A stretch of 64,000 nucleotides of DNA. It comes from Rubripirellula sp. (GTDB lineage Bacteria > Planctomycetota > Planctomycetia > Pirellulales > Pirellulaceae). Below, piece after piece: positions 32,279 to 42,638 of this stretch. Under the pieces are notes generated by a model. That model saw nothing but the letters and a program-made list of their open reading frames with translations. It searched no databases and was not told the origin of the DNA. A program made the position numbers and the translations under genes. How positions within the stretch are numbered: position 1 is the first letter of the stretch; the number at the start of each line of letters is the position of its first letter. The stretch spans positions 6,368,001 through 6,432,000 of the forward strand of contig OZ244207.1 of NCBI GenBank assembly GCA_965216875.1, read 5' to 3'.

Positions 32279-33873
32279 GCGGTGTGCCTCAACTTGTCAT
32301 CATCATTGGCTACCTTTCGTTGCTGCTTGCCCTTGGCTTGGTTTCGGCCCTGCTCTCGCGCGGGACAAAGGCGGACTACCAACACGCAAGTCAATCGATC
32401 GGTCCGTTCCTACTTTTGCTGAGTATGTTCGGCACCACGATGACCGCATTCGCGTTGGTCGGCAGTAGTGGTGAATCGTTCAAAGAAGGAATCGGTGTCT
32501 ATGGAATGCTTGCCAGCAGCAGTGGCATTGTGCATTCGCTTTGTTTCTTTTTGATCGGCGTCAAGGTTTGGAGCGTCGCCAGACGTAACGGCTACACTAC
32601 CCAGATTGAGTTTTTTCGTGATCGCACCGAAAGCAATTTTATCGGTTGGTTGCTCTTCCCGATTCTCGTCGGATTGATCATCCCCTATCTACTGATTGGG
32701 GTGATCGGTGCGGGCGGGGTCGTCCAAGCGTTGACCGCAGGTCTGTCGCCTGAGTGGTTTCCAGCGACGTTGGCCGATGGTTCGATCGACCGTGGTGTTC
32801 ACGGTGGTATCCCGGCACCGATCGGGTCACTTGTGATTTGCCTTGTTGTGCTGGTGTATGTCTTCTTCGGCGGCATGCGTGGAACGACATGGGCCAATGC
32901 GTTTCAAACATTGGTCTTTATGGTCTTGGGAGTGGTGACGTTTTACGTGATCGCAACCGAGGTCGGCAAACAAGGCAGCTTCTTTGCAAACCTGAAGACG
33001 TTGGGCGAGCAAATCCCGGTCGAGAAAGCGACGCGGATGGACATGAGTAAGACCAAGTTCTTTACTTACTTGTTGATCCCGCTTTCCGTTGGCATGTTCC
33101 CGCACTTGTTCCAGCATTGGATGACGGCAAAGAGCGCCAACACCTTCAAGTTGCCGGTGATCTTCCATCCGGTCTTCATCATGATCGTGTGGGTACCCTG
33201 TGTTTTGGTTGGTGTTTGGGCCACCGGCGATTTGGTGCCTAACGAGTCACTTCCAAAGTTGCCAAACGGAGCGGTTGATGCCAATAAAGTGCTGCCGTTC
33301 TTAGTCAAAACGAAGACGGGCGCGATACTCGGTGGATTCCTTGCCGCCGGAATTTTGGCGGCGATCATGTCGAGTCTCGACAGCCAATTTCTTTGCATTG
33401 GCACGATGTTCAACAACGATGTCGTCCATCACTGGTTTGGTGAAGGACGTTTTAGCGACAAGCAAGAGATCCTGTTCACACGATTGTTCATCTGCGCCGT
33501 GGTCGCCGTGACTTATTTGCTAAGTCTCGGCAAGCCGACCAGTGTTTTTGCACTTGGCGTTTGGTGCTTCAGCGGGTTCAGTGCGCTCTTTCCGGTGATC
33601 GTTGCGGCGCTCTATTGGCGCGGCTTGACCAAATGGGGTGCGATCGCTGGCGTCCTCGCAGCAATTGCGAGCTGGTGCTTCCTGTTCTACCAAGGCATCC
33701 AGTCGCCGGAAGGCTTGCGAAAGTACATCTTGCATCTTCCGCTTGGGGGCGAAACCTACGAAGTGATGCCGGTTGTCGCGATGCTGGCCGCCGCAGCGAT
33801 CGCTACAGTCGTCGTTTCGCTTGTCACTCCCAAGCTTTCCGAAGAAACGCTTGCCAAGTTTTTCAACAAGTAG
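32275..33873 (+). CDS. Sodium:solute symporter family protein
   Basis: YVFFGGMRGTTWANAFQ, MFPHLFQ, LAAIMSSLDSQ, LYWRGLTKWGA; about 13 TM helices; GGAGG ribosome-binding site. Confidence 0.93.
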   Translation: MSGVPQLVIIIGYLSLLLALGLVSALLSRGTKADYQHASQSIGPFLLLLSMFGTTMTAFALVGSSGESFKEGIGVYGMLASSSGIVHSLCFFLIGVKVWSVARRNGYTTQIEFFRDRTESNFIGWLLFPILVGLIIPYLLIGVIGAGGVVQALTAGLSPEWFPATLADGSIDRGVHGGIPAPIGSLVICLVVLVYVFFGGMRGTTWANAFQTLVFMVLGVVTFYVIATEVGKQGSFFANLKTLGEQIPVEKATRMDMSKTKFFTYLLIPLSVGMFPHLFQHWMTAKSANTFKLPVIFHPVFIMIVWVPCVLVGVWATGDLVPNESLPKLPNGAVDANKVLPFLVKTKTGAILGGFLAAGILAAIMSSLDSQFLCIGTMFNNDVVHHWFGEGRFSDKQEILFTRLFICAVVAVTYLLSLGKPTSVFALGVWCFSGFSALFPVIVAALYWRGLTKWGAIAGVLAAIASWCFLFYQGIQSPEGLRKYILHLPLGGETYEVMPVVAMLAAAAIATVVVSLVTPKLSEETLAKFFNK

Positions 33874-33897
33874 TCAACTCGAGCGTCGGTTCACTCG

Positions 33898-36800
33898 CTA
33901 GCTTCCAAAGCCGCTGCGAAAGGTGGCAAAGTCGAAGAGGTTGACGACTCCATTGCCGTCGCTGTCGAGTTCGTTCACGTAGTCAGGGTGTGAGGAGACA
34001 CGGCCAAACGTCGATCGGAATTGGGCAAAATCGAAGAGGTCGACCACGCCGTTTCCATTCTGATCGCCGTACTTGCGGAAGAAGTTGTCCAACGCGTTCT
34101 CACCAAAATTGACGTCGTCATGCATGTTCAGTCCATCGGCCGTCGACGCAACTTCAGCGGCGAGAATGGTAAGCAGGTAGTCGCCATCGTCGAGACTGTT
34201 GCCACCTTCTGCGCGATCTTGCACCGAGGGTCCGCTCAAGAACGTGATGGTTGTTTCGGTCATGCCGTCGACCACTGCCGATTGGACGTCCAGTGACGTA
34301 ACGTCTTCGCCGGTTGTTGTATTGGTCAGTGCGAACGATGAAGCCGATACATTGACGGTGGTGTCAAACACGACGGTGATTTCGGTCAGCACCGATCGAG
34401 TCGCGGCACCTCCGTTAACGATGATCTCGCTCACCGAAGGAGCCACCAAGATGCTGCCGGGTGTTGGAGGTAATGCGATCCAACTGTTGGCTTCGTTCCC
34501 CTGAGTCGCCGCCTGTTTGCGGTGCAGCGAGTCACCTGTACCGTCAGCCGAAACTGGCCACGGTGCCAAGTCATCGTAGAAGCTCTCGTCGACCATGACG
34601 CGTGGCGTCACCGTTGGCTCATCCACCGGCGCCGTGTCGGGACGTTGCAGTTTGACAATTCCGTAACTGTTGTCCAGCGTTCCCGACATCGGGCCAACGA
34701 GCGGCACCGCCGCGTCGATACCGTAGTGAGCACGGAACGCTGCTAAGCGATTGACGTTTCCGACAAAGTTAGGATCGAACGGGACGACGACAAGCGTTGC
34801 ACCGGCGGCAATCAACTGGCCAGCTGCAAAGTTGAAATCGCCTTCACCACGCAATCGCCAGTTCGTCAAGTCAATCGTTGAAGCGGAAGCGTTGTGGACC
34901 TCGATAAACTCGAGATCGCTCGCACTGATCGTCGGATCGATCGCTAACGCTGCAGGGGTTGGGTCAGCGGGATGGTAGTTGAACTCACTGATGACCACAT
35001 CGGAGGTCGCAAACGGACCGTTCGCCGCGCCCAGGCTCGCTTCGGCGAGCGGCACCATGCGACTGGTTGCGTCGGGTGTGCGCCCGAGCGTCATTCCATT
35101 GAAGGTTGCATCGAAGTCGACGTGATCAACAAAGGAGAGGACGCCTGTCCCAGGTCCGTCACCAATCACAAGCCAAACCGAATCACCATGCGACCCGCTA
35201 AGTGCAAAGTCCTTTGGACCGGGTGTTAAGGGCGTTGGATTGAAGTCGTTTTCGTCAAACGTGATGAATCCACCCGCTGTCAGAATCGTGCCATCTGGAA
35301 TGCGGTACTTCAGGAAATCGGACTGCGAGTCGCTCAGATACCAGCCGCCGATGTTGATGTCGGTCGCACTGGTATTGTGGAGCTCGATGGTGTCGAACTG
35401 CGGAGCATCGGTGTGTGCGAGGATTTCGTTGATCACAACCCCGTTGGGTAGGATCGCGGATGCGCCGGGAGTTCCTCCTGGAAGAGTGCTTCCGCGCCAG
35501 TGGTAGGGTTTGCCGAGCTGGTCGGCAGGCGTGTTCAGTGGGTCCACAAGTGTCAGCGAACCGCCGTTGCCATCGGCCCACACCGACCAAGGGTCGCCGT
35601 CGCCGTACGTGAATTCGAACAGCGTGTTGCCCATCGCGTCGAGAAGCTTGATCTCTTCGCCACTATTGCTCAGCGCCCCCGTGTAGTCGCCAATGATCAG
35701 CGACGGGTCAACGCCGGGGTAGGTCGCGAGGAAGGTTGCCGTGTCGCGGACAATCAGTCCATATTCTTGTGGGTCAAGCGTGGCTGTGATTGGCAAATTC
35801 AGCGGCTCGCTTGGTCCGCCGGTAAGCGAGAGTGAGCCGAGGTCGACGGTCACGCCACTGGCACCCGAAGTGATGTTTTGGATTTCAATGAACTCGGCGT
35901 TTCCGTCTCCGGCCGGGTTGTACATGAATTCGGTAATGCGAATGTTGTCTACCGAGGCGGGCACGCGAGGCACGACGAAGTCGGCAACATGGACCGCGGA
36001 CCATTGACCTTGAGCGTCGCGTGCGCGAGCTCGCATGGTGACCGAGTCATTCAGGATGATTGGAGTCGCATTGTTTTCTGAAACCGTCAACTCCGCATCG
36101 AAACTAATGTCACTACTCGTGTTGCTGACTTGATGGATCTCGACCGCGAGGGTGTTGAGTCCGTCGGCAAGAAGTGCGGGGTCGATATCGAATTCATGCC
36201 AGTTGGCACCGTCATCGGATGCTACGCCAAACGCCGGCGTTGAGAAACTAATCGTTCCCACTGGCATGTTGTCACGAGCAATTTCGGTCCCGTTCAAGTA
36301 AACGACGATACCGTCGTCGCGTTTGACGCGGAGTTTCAGATTGGAATAGTCGCCCGCATCCGCGTTGAATTGTGACCGGAAGTAGGTGGTGCGGTACTTT
36401 GCGCTCGCATTGGGACCAAACGATACGACGGTTGTTTCATCGCCATCGCCATAACCAAGTTGAGCGTCGCCCGAGGCCCAAGCGGTATCGTTGAATGACG
36501 GGTCGCGCCAGGTCGTTCCCAGGTCGACGCCTTGGTCATGGTATTTCCAATTGGATCCTGCAGCGACCAATGTCGTATTGACCGTCATCGGGTCGTAGGC
36601 GATCGCGGTTGGACTGATCCCGCCGCCGAGCAACCTCGGGTCGCTTCCGTCGGTCGTGTAGTAAACCAGCCCTTCATTGGCTGCAATCCGGACCTCCGTT
36701 CCCTCGGCAATGGTCCCACCGTGTTGTGGTTGGCCGCCAACCAAGTATTCGGGAGCATCAATGGTTGGGAACAATGGCGCAGGAACGTTGACCGTGTAGT

Positions 36801-39800
36801 TCCCTTCGGCGTCCTTGAGCAACATTTCGTAGTTGCGAAGTTGATTGATGAAGACGGCGCGGCGATTGGGGAAGTAGTTGTTGCGCAGGTTATTGATTGC
36901 GGACACCCAGTGGCTGCGCAGCCGTGGATTGGTTTGTTTTGCATCACCCCAGCGGGCCGATTCACCAATGATCGCCTGATCGAGTTTTGCTGCCTCGGCA
37001 TCCAGCTTTGCGATTTGGGCGTCGATCGAAAGCAATCCGTCGTGGAAGAAGGCGTCCTGCACCTTATCCGCGAAGCGAATCCGATACTCGTCGTTCGCGG
37101 CAAGTTGCTGATGTAGCCATTGTGGATTGAAGTAATTGACGCTCGATTCAAAGTTGGGATGTTCCCAAGGCCCCGTTCGGTCCCGAGTCGTGCTGCGGAG
37201 AGTGTGTTCTGAATCGTGAATGAAGAATCGGAAACCTTCGTCGCCAGTCCGGTCGCGGACGGCAAAGTAGTTATTGATTCGGTTATTGCCCAAGAAGTTA
37301 CTGATCGGTGCGTCGAAGTTGCCACCATCAAGGATGGTGATCATGTAGGCGATCAAGTTGTCGACATCAAGCAAGTTGTCGAGTGCCGGGTTGTCCGTGC
37401 CGTCAACGTTCAACCCCTGGGCTTCCATGTACTTGGCGAAGTCAACAAACGCCGGAGTCACTCCGTCGCCATCGCGTGCAAGTGCTTGTTGGAAGAGAGC
37501 GTCGTAGGCATCAAAATTGCCGTCGGTGGCGATGTTCTGATATGGACCACGTTCGGGTTTCAGAACGTCGTAGTCGTCCGCTGATCCACCAAAATAGGTT
37601 TCCCCAAAGTTTGCCTCGGCACGCTCTTGGGTTTGGAAGAGTCCCCAGTAGTGACCGTTCAAGTAGAGGTGCAGCCAACTACTTTTCGTGTAAGGTTGAC
37701 CAAGGTCACGTTGGTTGTAGCGTGCCAGTACATCGCCGACAAAGGCGTTCGATGCATCGCCCTGGAAGCTCCAGGAATAGTTTTGAGCGGTCCGCAGGTC
37801 GATCTTTTTGAACTTATCGGTTCCCTCGTCGCCGTGTACCGGATAGTCGAGAGTCGAATCACCGTACGATCCGCGGAAGAAGATTCGGAACGAGTGTTTG
37901 GGGTTGTTGTTTGAACGGCTGAATCCACCACGAATGCGCAGTCCAGCATTGATTTGAAAACCTTCGCTGCCGTCCGGATGTACGAGTTCGACCGAAGCGG
38001 GACGTTCCCAGTCGCGTCCGTCTTGGTTGGCGTTGGAATAGATGCCGATGTTCGCATCGAACAAGTTGTCGAGGTCGGTTGTGATCGACCAGGTCGGGAT
38101 GGCAAGCAGTGCGTCGCGTACCGCCTGGGCTCCTTCGATTGCGATCACATCGGGATCGATTCCGTAATCAACCACGTTGTTTCGCCAGGTTGTGGGCCAA
38201 CCTGCCGGTGCGGACCCATCATTTGACTGGGTCAGGACGTCGTTCAAAAAGAAATAGGACCACGTCTTGCTGGGAAGCGTTGCATGGTTCGCCTTGGTGG
38301 CAACGGCTCGCAAGTTGGTCGTGCCGGTGATCGAGATCGGACCCGCGTAGGTAAACCCGTTTGTTTCGGAGGGTTCGCTACCATCGAACGTGTAGCGAAT
38401 GGTTGCGTCGGGTGTGGGTGTGGTGAGCGTGACGTCAAACGAGGTGTCAAAGAAGCCGGCTTCGACATCAGCCGTGACACGTTCGACGATCCCTTCAACA
38501 GGATCTTGGTTGGGGGCGCCGGGCGTTGGGGTGGTGAAATAGTTACTGTCGGTCAGCAGGCCGGTGACCGAAAGCTCGGGCAGGATCAAGAAACTAGGAT
38601 CAAACACGGACGCATTGAGCGCTTGGATTGTCAGTACATTGTCCCCTTCGACCAGTGCCGAAAGCGCTGTGGCGGGCAGCGAAATCTCTTCGGCAACGAT
38701 GACGTCAGCAGGATCTCTCGACGCGAGTGCAGTCGAGTTGAAGGCAGGATTCGCCGGAGCATTTCGACTCGCGACTTCGGTGCCGTTGATCGACGCGATG
38801 AATCCATCGTCGTACAGGATGCTCAACGAGACCGCATCGATGTCCCCGATGTCGGTCACCGTAAAAGGCAAGCGAACGTAAGCCGACGCGTTCACGCCCT
38901 GGTGTTCGGTAGAGATGTCGGTTGCAACGTAATCGGAAGAACCTGGCGTGTAGGCGACCGCAGCAGGTAAACCGCCCGACGCGACGTCGCCCACGAGGTC
39001 GAAAACCGAAGCGTTGAATGAACTGTGAGTTCCAGGTGCTGAGAAGAGTTCCACGCTGGCACCACCGCCAGCTTCGTACATGACCAACGTCACGTCGTAG
39101 CTTCCCGGATCGAAAAAGGGAAAGGTTGCGATGGTGTCGGCCGTTCCCCGAGGATTCGGAAACTCGCTGGAAAAGGTTTCGATCCCGTTAGTGATCGTCA
39201 AGCGGAAACCGTCGTCGCTGTTGACACCAAACGAATAGTCACCAGGAGAGTCGATCTGGATGGTCGTGCGGGCTTCGAAAACGAAGTTGTCAATGTTGAC
39301 GCCAATCGTCTGGGTGGGGAACGCAAGGTTGTTCCCGTAGCGGCCGCCAGCGCCAGAGCCGAGATGGTTGATCACTGGCGCCGTGCTCTCAACCACTTGC
39401 GCCTGATAGGCGGGTGTGTTGATCACGTCAAACGCGAGGTCGAGTGAATTGACGGTCCCGTTGAACGCTCCCGATGCTTGGGCTTTGTAGTAGGTCACAT
39501 CGAAACCGGGCTGGCTAACACCGTAACCAAGTCCCGTCGCCCCGGTGCTCCAGCTCGAATCGTCAAAAGCAGGTTGTTGCCAAGTCGTGCCGAGTGACCC
39601 GTTGGTCGGGACGTGGTAACGAGCTTGGTCTCCGCTGGCGACGACAAGGTCATCACGGAAGGTGATCCCGTACGAAATGTTAGTCGTCTGTTGCGGATAG
39701 GCGGGATTGTATTCGCTCGCAACCGCTCCGCCCGCTTGATAGAGCCCGACGTATTCGCCGGAGGACGAGAACTGAAAATTGGTGTGCAGTTCTTCGCCGG

Positions 39801-40131
39801 CGACCGATCGATCTTTGCCCGATGCAAAGACAACAAGGAACCCGTCGGGATCAAGCGTGACGTCAGGAAAGACCCACTTGTCCGTGTCGGTGTGGTCATC
39901 AGTAAGTGACCATCCGTCCAAGTCGATGGGGCTCGTAGTTGGATTGTAAATCTCAATCCAGTCACTCGAGTCTCCATCAATATCCCGTAAGCCCTCACTG
40001 TTGGAAGCAAGGATTTCGCTGATCACAGCTGTGAGTACCATCCGCTTTTCGAGCGTTTCCGTCCGAAGCGGGCGCTGGTGAAGCTTGCGCGGAGATCGAC
40101 GGTCCTTACGGAAGGCATTGAGACGGGGCAT
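33898..40131 (-). CDS. Large secreted protein: planctomycete signal motif, four lamin-tail-like domains, PA14-like domain, Fn3-associated domain, CotH-like kinase, C-terminal dockerin/EF-hand pair
   Basis: LRTETLEKRMVL; repeated VISEILA/ITEFMYNP/INEILAH/ISEFNYHP...IEIYN units; SDDGFRL; IRYTFDGSEP; LYLNGHYWGLF..QER, GNFD, NNYF, HDSEH; DQNGNGVVDLFDF and DSDGNGVVNLFDF. Start taken at ATG 40131. Confidence 0.85.
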   Translation of the reverse strand: MPRLNAFRKDRRSPRKLHQRPLRTETLEKRMVLTAVISEILASNSEGLRDIDGDSSDWIEIYNPTTSPIDLDGWSLTDDHTDTDKWVFPDVTLDPDGFLVVFASGKDRSVAGEELHTNFQFSSSGEYVGLYQAGGAVASEYNPAYPQQTTNISYGITFRDDLVVASGDQARYHVPTNGSLGTTWQQPAFDDSSWSTGATGLGYGVSQPGFDVTYYKAQASGAFNGTVNSLDLAFDVINTPAYQAQVVESTAPVINHLGSGAGGRYGNNLAFPTQTIGVNIDNFVFEARTTIQIDSPGDYSFGVNSDDGFRLTITNGIETFSSEFPNPRGTADTIATFPFFDPGSYDVTLVMYEAGGGASVELFSAPGTHSSFNASVFDLVGDVASGGLPAAVAYTPGSSDYVATDISTEHQGVNASAYVRLPFTVTDIGDIDAVSLSILYDDGFIASINGTEVASRNAPANPAFNSTALASRDPADVIVAEEISLPATALSALVEGDNVLTIQALNASVFDPSFLILPELSVTGLLTDSNYFTTPTPGAPNQDPVEGIVERVTADVEAGFFDTSFDVTLTTPTPDATIRYTFDGSEPSETNGFTYAGPISITGTTNLRAVATKANHATLPSKTWSYFFLNDVLTQSNDGSAPAGWPTTWRNNVVDYGIDPDVIAIEGAQAVRDALLAIPTWSITTDLDNLFDANIGIYSNANQDGRDWERPASVELVHPDGSEGFQINAGLRIRGGFSRSNNNPKHSFRIFFRGSYGDSTLDYPVHGDEGTDKFKKIDLRTAQNYSWSFQGDASNAFVGDVLARYNQRDLGQPYTKSSWLHLYLNGHYWGLFQTQERAEANFGETYFGGSADDYDVLKPERGPYQNIATDGNFDAYDALFQQALARDGDGVTPAFVDFAKYMEAQGLNVDGTDNPALDNLLDVDNLIAYMITILDGGNFDAPISNFLGNNRINNYFAVRDRTGDEGFRFFIHDSEHTLRSTTRDRTGPWEHPNFESSVNYFNPQWLHQQLAANDEYRIRFADKVQDAFFHDGLLSIDAQIAKLDAEAAKLDQAIIGESARWGDAKQTNPRLRSHWVSAINNLRNNYFPNRRAVFINQLRNYEMLLKDAEGNYTVNVPAPLFPTIDAPEYLVGGQPQHGGTIAEGTEVRIAANEGLVYYTTDGSDPRLLGGGISPTAIAYDPMTVNTTLVAAGSNWKYHDQGVDLGTTWRDPSFNDTAWASGDAQLGYGDGDETTVVSFGPNASAKYRTTYFRSQFNADAGDYSNLKLRVKRDDGIVVYLNGTEIARDNMPVGTISFSTPAFGVASDDGANWHEFDIDPALLADGLNTLAVEIHQVSNTSSDISFDAELTVSENNATPIILNDSVTMRARARDAQGQWSAVHVADFVVPRVPASVDNIRITEFMYNPAGDGNAEFIEIQNITSGASGVTVDLGSLSLTGGPSEPLNLPITATLDPQEYGLIVRDTATFLATYPGVDPSLIIGDYTGALSNSGEEIKLLDAMGNTLFEFTYGDGDPWSVWADGNGGSLTLVDPLNTPADQLGKPYHWRGSTLPGGTPGASAILPNGVVINEILAHTDAPQFDTIELHNTSATDINIGGWYLSDSQSDFLKYRIPDGTILTAGGFITFDENDFNPTPLTPGPKDFALSGSHGDSVWLVIGDGPGTGVLSFVDHVDFDATFNGMTLGRTPDATSRMVPLAEASLGAANGPFATSDVVISEFNYHPADPTPAALAIDPTISASDLEFIEVHNASASTIDLTNWRLRGEGDFNFAAGQLIAAGATLVVVPFDPNFVGNVNRLAAFRAHYGIDAAVPLVGPMSGTLDNSYGIVKLQRPDTAPVDEPTVTPRVMVDESFYDDLAPWPVSADGTGDSLHRKQAATQGNEANSWIALPPTPGSILVAPSVSEIIVNGGAATRSVLTEITVVFDTTVNVSASSFALTNTTTGEDVTSLDVQSAVVDGMTETTITFLSGPSVQDRAEGGNSLDDGDYLLTILAAEVASTADGLNMHDDVNFGENALDNFFRKYGDQNGNGVVDLFDFAQFRSTFGRVSSHPDYVNELDSDGNGVVNLFDFATFRSGFGS

Positions 40132-40466
40132 AAGCGATGGCGCGAGAAGGGAGGGACGCTTGGTGGGTACAAGCGATTTTGGACAAGGTCTGGGCAAACC
40201 AGATAGTTTTCGTGGACCTCGCATCATAAAGAGAGCATGAAGAGGGAGCAAACAAACCACCTGAATGTGCTGCATTTCTGCGTATTCGGCTACCCAGCAG
40301 AGGGGGTGGCTCGTTTTCTCGTCGCAGTCCGGCTCGCACCGTTCGTCGTACCGAGCTCTCGCCGGAATCTTCAGCCACTTCCAGATAGGGCGGCCTGAAT
40401 TGATGAGTAGAACGCGCGAGCGTCGGGCCTCCCGGTCAAGTGTTGAGAACTTAGGTTGAGGTGCCG

Positions 40467-40522
40467 GTGCCGGATCAGCGTCGCTGTCGCTCCTTGATCC
40501 GGCCTACAAAGATCCGGCCTAC
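40467..40522. repeat. REP-like palindrome, family E (GTAGGCCGGAT type)
   Basis: Minus strand reads GTAGGCCGGATCAAGGAGCGACAGCGACGCTGATCCGGCAC; GATCCGGCCTAC occurs twice in tandem. Confidence 0.7.
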
Positions 40523-40546
40523 GCAACTGGCAAACACGCTCAGGTG

Positions 40547-41227
40547 CTACTTCAGGATGAGCGTGCCGAAGTTGGACGTGTCACTCCAGGAATCGTCTTC
40601 AGTGTGATTCCATTTTGCGACTGCTTTTCGTGCTCCTTCGCCTGGGTCGTCGTTGATTTGAAGTTCCATTCCCAGCTTCTTTCCAGATTCCAATTTGCCA
40701 GCGTTGACTTCGACTGCCATCTCAACGGCATAACCATTCTTGGTTTCGCGTGCGTCGGCAGAAAGGCGGCTGACGTCAAATCCTGTGCCTTGGCCAGAGA
40801 GTTCGCCGATGCAGTTGACTCGGTATTGAGCATCGTCGGCTTCATAGGTCACCGTTCGGCCGAGGTCTTCATCAAGAAACAACTCAACCGAGTCTTGTTC
40901 CCATGCGTCCAAGCCGTCAGTTGAAAGCTTGCCGTCTTTGACTCGCCACAACAGGTAGATGTGGTTCTCGTCCCACATGACTTGAACGCGGCCGGTGGCC
41001 ATTTTGTCGGCGTCCATCGCGAGTAGTTTGGGTACCGATTTTTTCACGGCGATCACCGGAGCGTCTTTCCAGGCTTCATCAATCTTGCCGTCGATCTTTG
41101 GTGTTCCTTTGATTGCGTGAGCGACCGCCTCCTTCGATTCCGTTTCTTTCTCGGATTTCTTTTCATCCGCGCTGGTTGAAACGATTAGCGAAGCGGCGAG
41201 AGCAAGGGCGGTAAACAGACGAGGCAT
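40547..41227 (-). CDS. Secreted stand-alone CBM9-like carbohydrate-binding protein
   Basis: Signal peptide; GTPKIDGKIDEAW, VMWDENHIY....KD, WEQDSVELFLDE, DDAQYRVN, FGTLIL. Confidence 0.85.
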   Translation of the reverse strand: MPRLFTALALAASLIVSTSADEKKSEKETESKEAVAHAIKGTPKIDGKIDEAWKDAPVIAVKKSVPKLLAMDADKMATGRVQVMWDENHIYLLWRVKDGKLSTDGLDAWEQDSVELFLDEDLGRTVTYEADDAQYRVNCIGELSGQGTGFDVSRLSADARETKNGYAVEMAVEVNAGKLESGKKLGMELQINDDPGEGARKAVAKWNHTEDDSWSDTSNFGTLILK

Positions 41228-41437
41228 GGCGATCACCAAAGACGAGGAAGTAGGTCGAGAAACGTAGCGACGATTATAGCCTTCGGCTCAGGTGGGTGAT
41301 GCGATTAATACTCGGCCAGTGGAGCGTCCTGCTGTGATTCGTTCGTAGTGAAGGCTTTAGCCGGCTCGCGAGCACAGAGCAGCCCGACCTTCGCCTAAGG
41401 TCGGGACGACGCTGGCCATTTCGAGGGGGAACAAATG

Positions 41438-41475
41438 AAAAAAGGCGTGTTGGTGCAGTGACCAACACGCCTTTT
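41438..41475 (-). terminator. Rho-independent terminator
   Basis: Stem AAAAGGCGTGTTGGT/ACCAACACGCCTTTT with an A6 run, 30 bp after the stop at 41505. Confidence 0.85.
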
Positions 41476-41504
41476 AGCAATAGCGATGGATGGGAATTGC
41501 TGGC

Positions 41505-42638
41505 TTACCAGCGGAATTCGCCACCAGCAACGAGACCCGAGAAGGTGATCGTTTCGTCGACGTCGACAAAGCGGCCTTCGCGAACCGAATCGATGTAGGC
41601 TCGGCTCGAAACGGCGTTGTAGAAAGCGGTATTCATGTAACCGCAGTTTAAGCGAATGTTGCCGCATTTGTTGTACCAAGCCAAACCAAGCTCGAGCTCG
41701 AGCACGGGTGTGACGCGGTGGTCATCGTAGACGTTGCCAACATTTCCAACGGCGACCGAAGCGGCGTCGCGGTAGCTTGCTTTCCACTTACCGGCCAAGG
41801 CACTTGCGATGGCACTGCCGTAGCATGACAAACCGGTGCGGCAGCTGTATCGTTCGAAATCCAAGCCACCGAGAAGACCGAAACCGGTGAAGTCGATGTC
41901 GGTATCGACCGAGAACGTGCCGTTGGCAACCGACGAAGGAACGGTTTGAGTGAATAGGAACTCTTGCTCCATTCCACCGTATTGGAAACCGCCACGCCAG
42001 TTGATGGCGTAGGTGTCGGTGTTACGCCAGATCGATCGGTAAGCCAGATCGATCGTGCCATAACGCATGTCGTAGGCAGCTGCTTCTTGCAAACCGGTCG
42101 CACCGGTGGTGAATCGGCTGGGGTGCAAGATTTCCGAAACCAACACGTTACCGGCCGACGCATTGATCAAGTCGCTGTCGTCACCTTGCCAGTAGGTCAG
42201 ACGACCAACCAAGCTCGTACAAGCCGAGGCACAGTGTGAAAATCCAACGCGAACACCAGGTGAGTGTTCGATTTGAGCGATGCCAGTGGGACCCGTTGGG
42301 AAACCATTGACGTTGTTTTGTTCGATCGTGTAGGTGATATCTGAATCACCTGGGCGCAAAAACAGGAACTGCCCCGAAACGCCTGTGCGGTGTGCCCACC
42401 ATGGTGGACAACAGACTGGTTCGCAGCAGCCATCGCAGCCTGCGTCGCAACCGTCACACGCGGTTTCGCAACCAACCAAATCAATGGCTGATTCGTCGCT
42501 TTCCAGTTGAATCCAATCTTGGGCAAAGTCGTCTTCAAGGCCTTGGGCTTGAGTCGAGACAGCGCCACCAAACATCATTGCGCCAGCGAGAATCATCTGG
42601 AAGACTCTCCGCTTAGCTTCTTTTCCAAACCAACTCAT
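41505..42638 (-). CDS. Outer-membrane beta-barrel protein (Lpg1974-like/planctomycete type)
   Basis: Signal peptide, Cys-rich leader CETACDGCDAGCDGCCEPVCC, alternating amphipathic strands, aromatic C-terminus GGEFRW. Confidence 0.75.
   Translation of the reverse strand: MSWFGKEAKRRVFQMILAGAMMFGGAVSTQAQGLEDDFAQDWIQLESDESAIDLVGCETACDGCDAGCDGCCEPVCCPPWWAHRTGVSGQFLFLRPGDSDITYTIEQNNVNGFPTGPTGIAQIEHSPGVRVGFSHCASACTSLVGRLTYWQGDDSDLINASAGNVLVSEILHPSRFTTGATGLQEAAAYDMRYGTIDLAYRSIWRNTDTYAINWRGGFQYGGMEQEFLFTQTVPSSVANGTFSVDTDIDFTGFGLLGGLDFERYSCRTGLSCYGSAIASALAGKWKASYRDAASVAVGNVGNVYDDHRVTPVLELELGLAWYNKCGNIRLNCGYMNTAFYNAVSSRAYIDSVREGRFVDVDETITFSGLVAGGEFRW

Noticed and set aside
40132..40275. N-terminal extension of the 2125-aa ORF
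   Set aside because: The planctomycete signal motif normally lies near the N-terminus, which favours ATG 40131.
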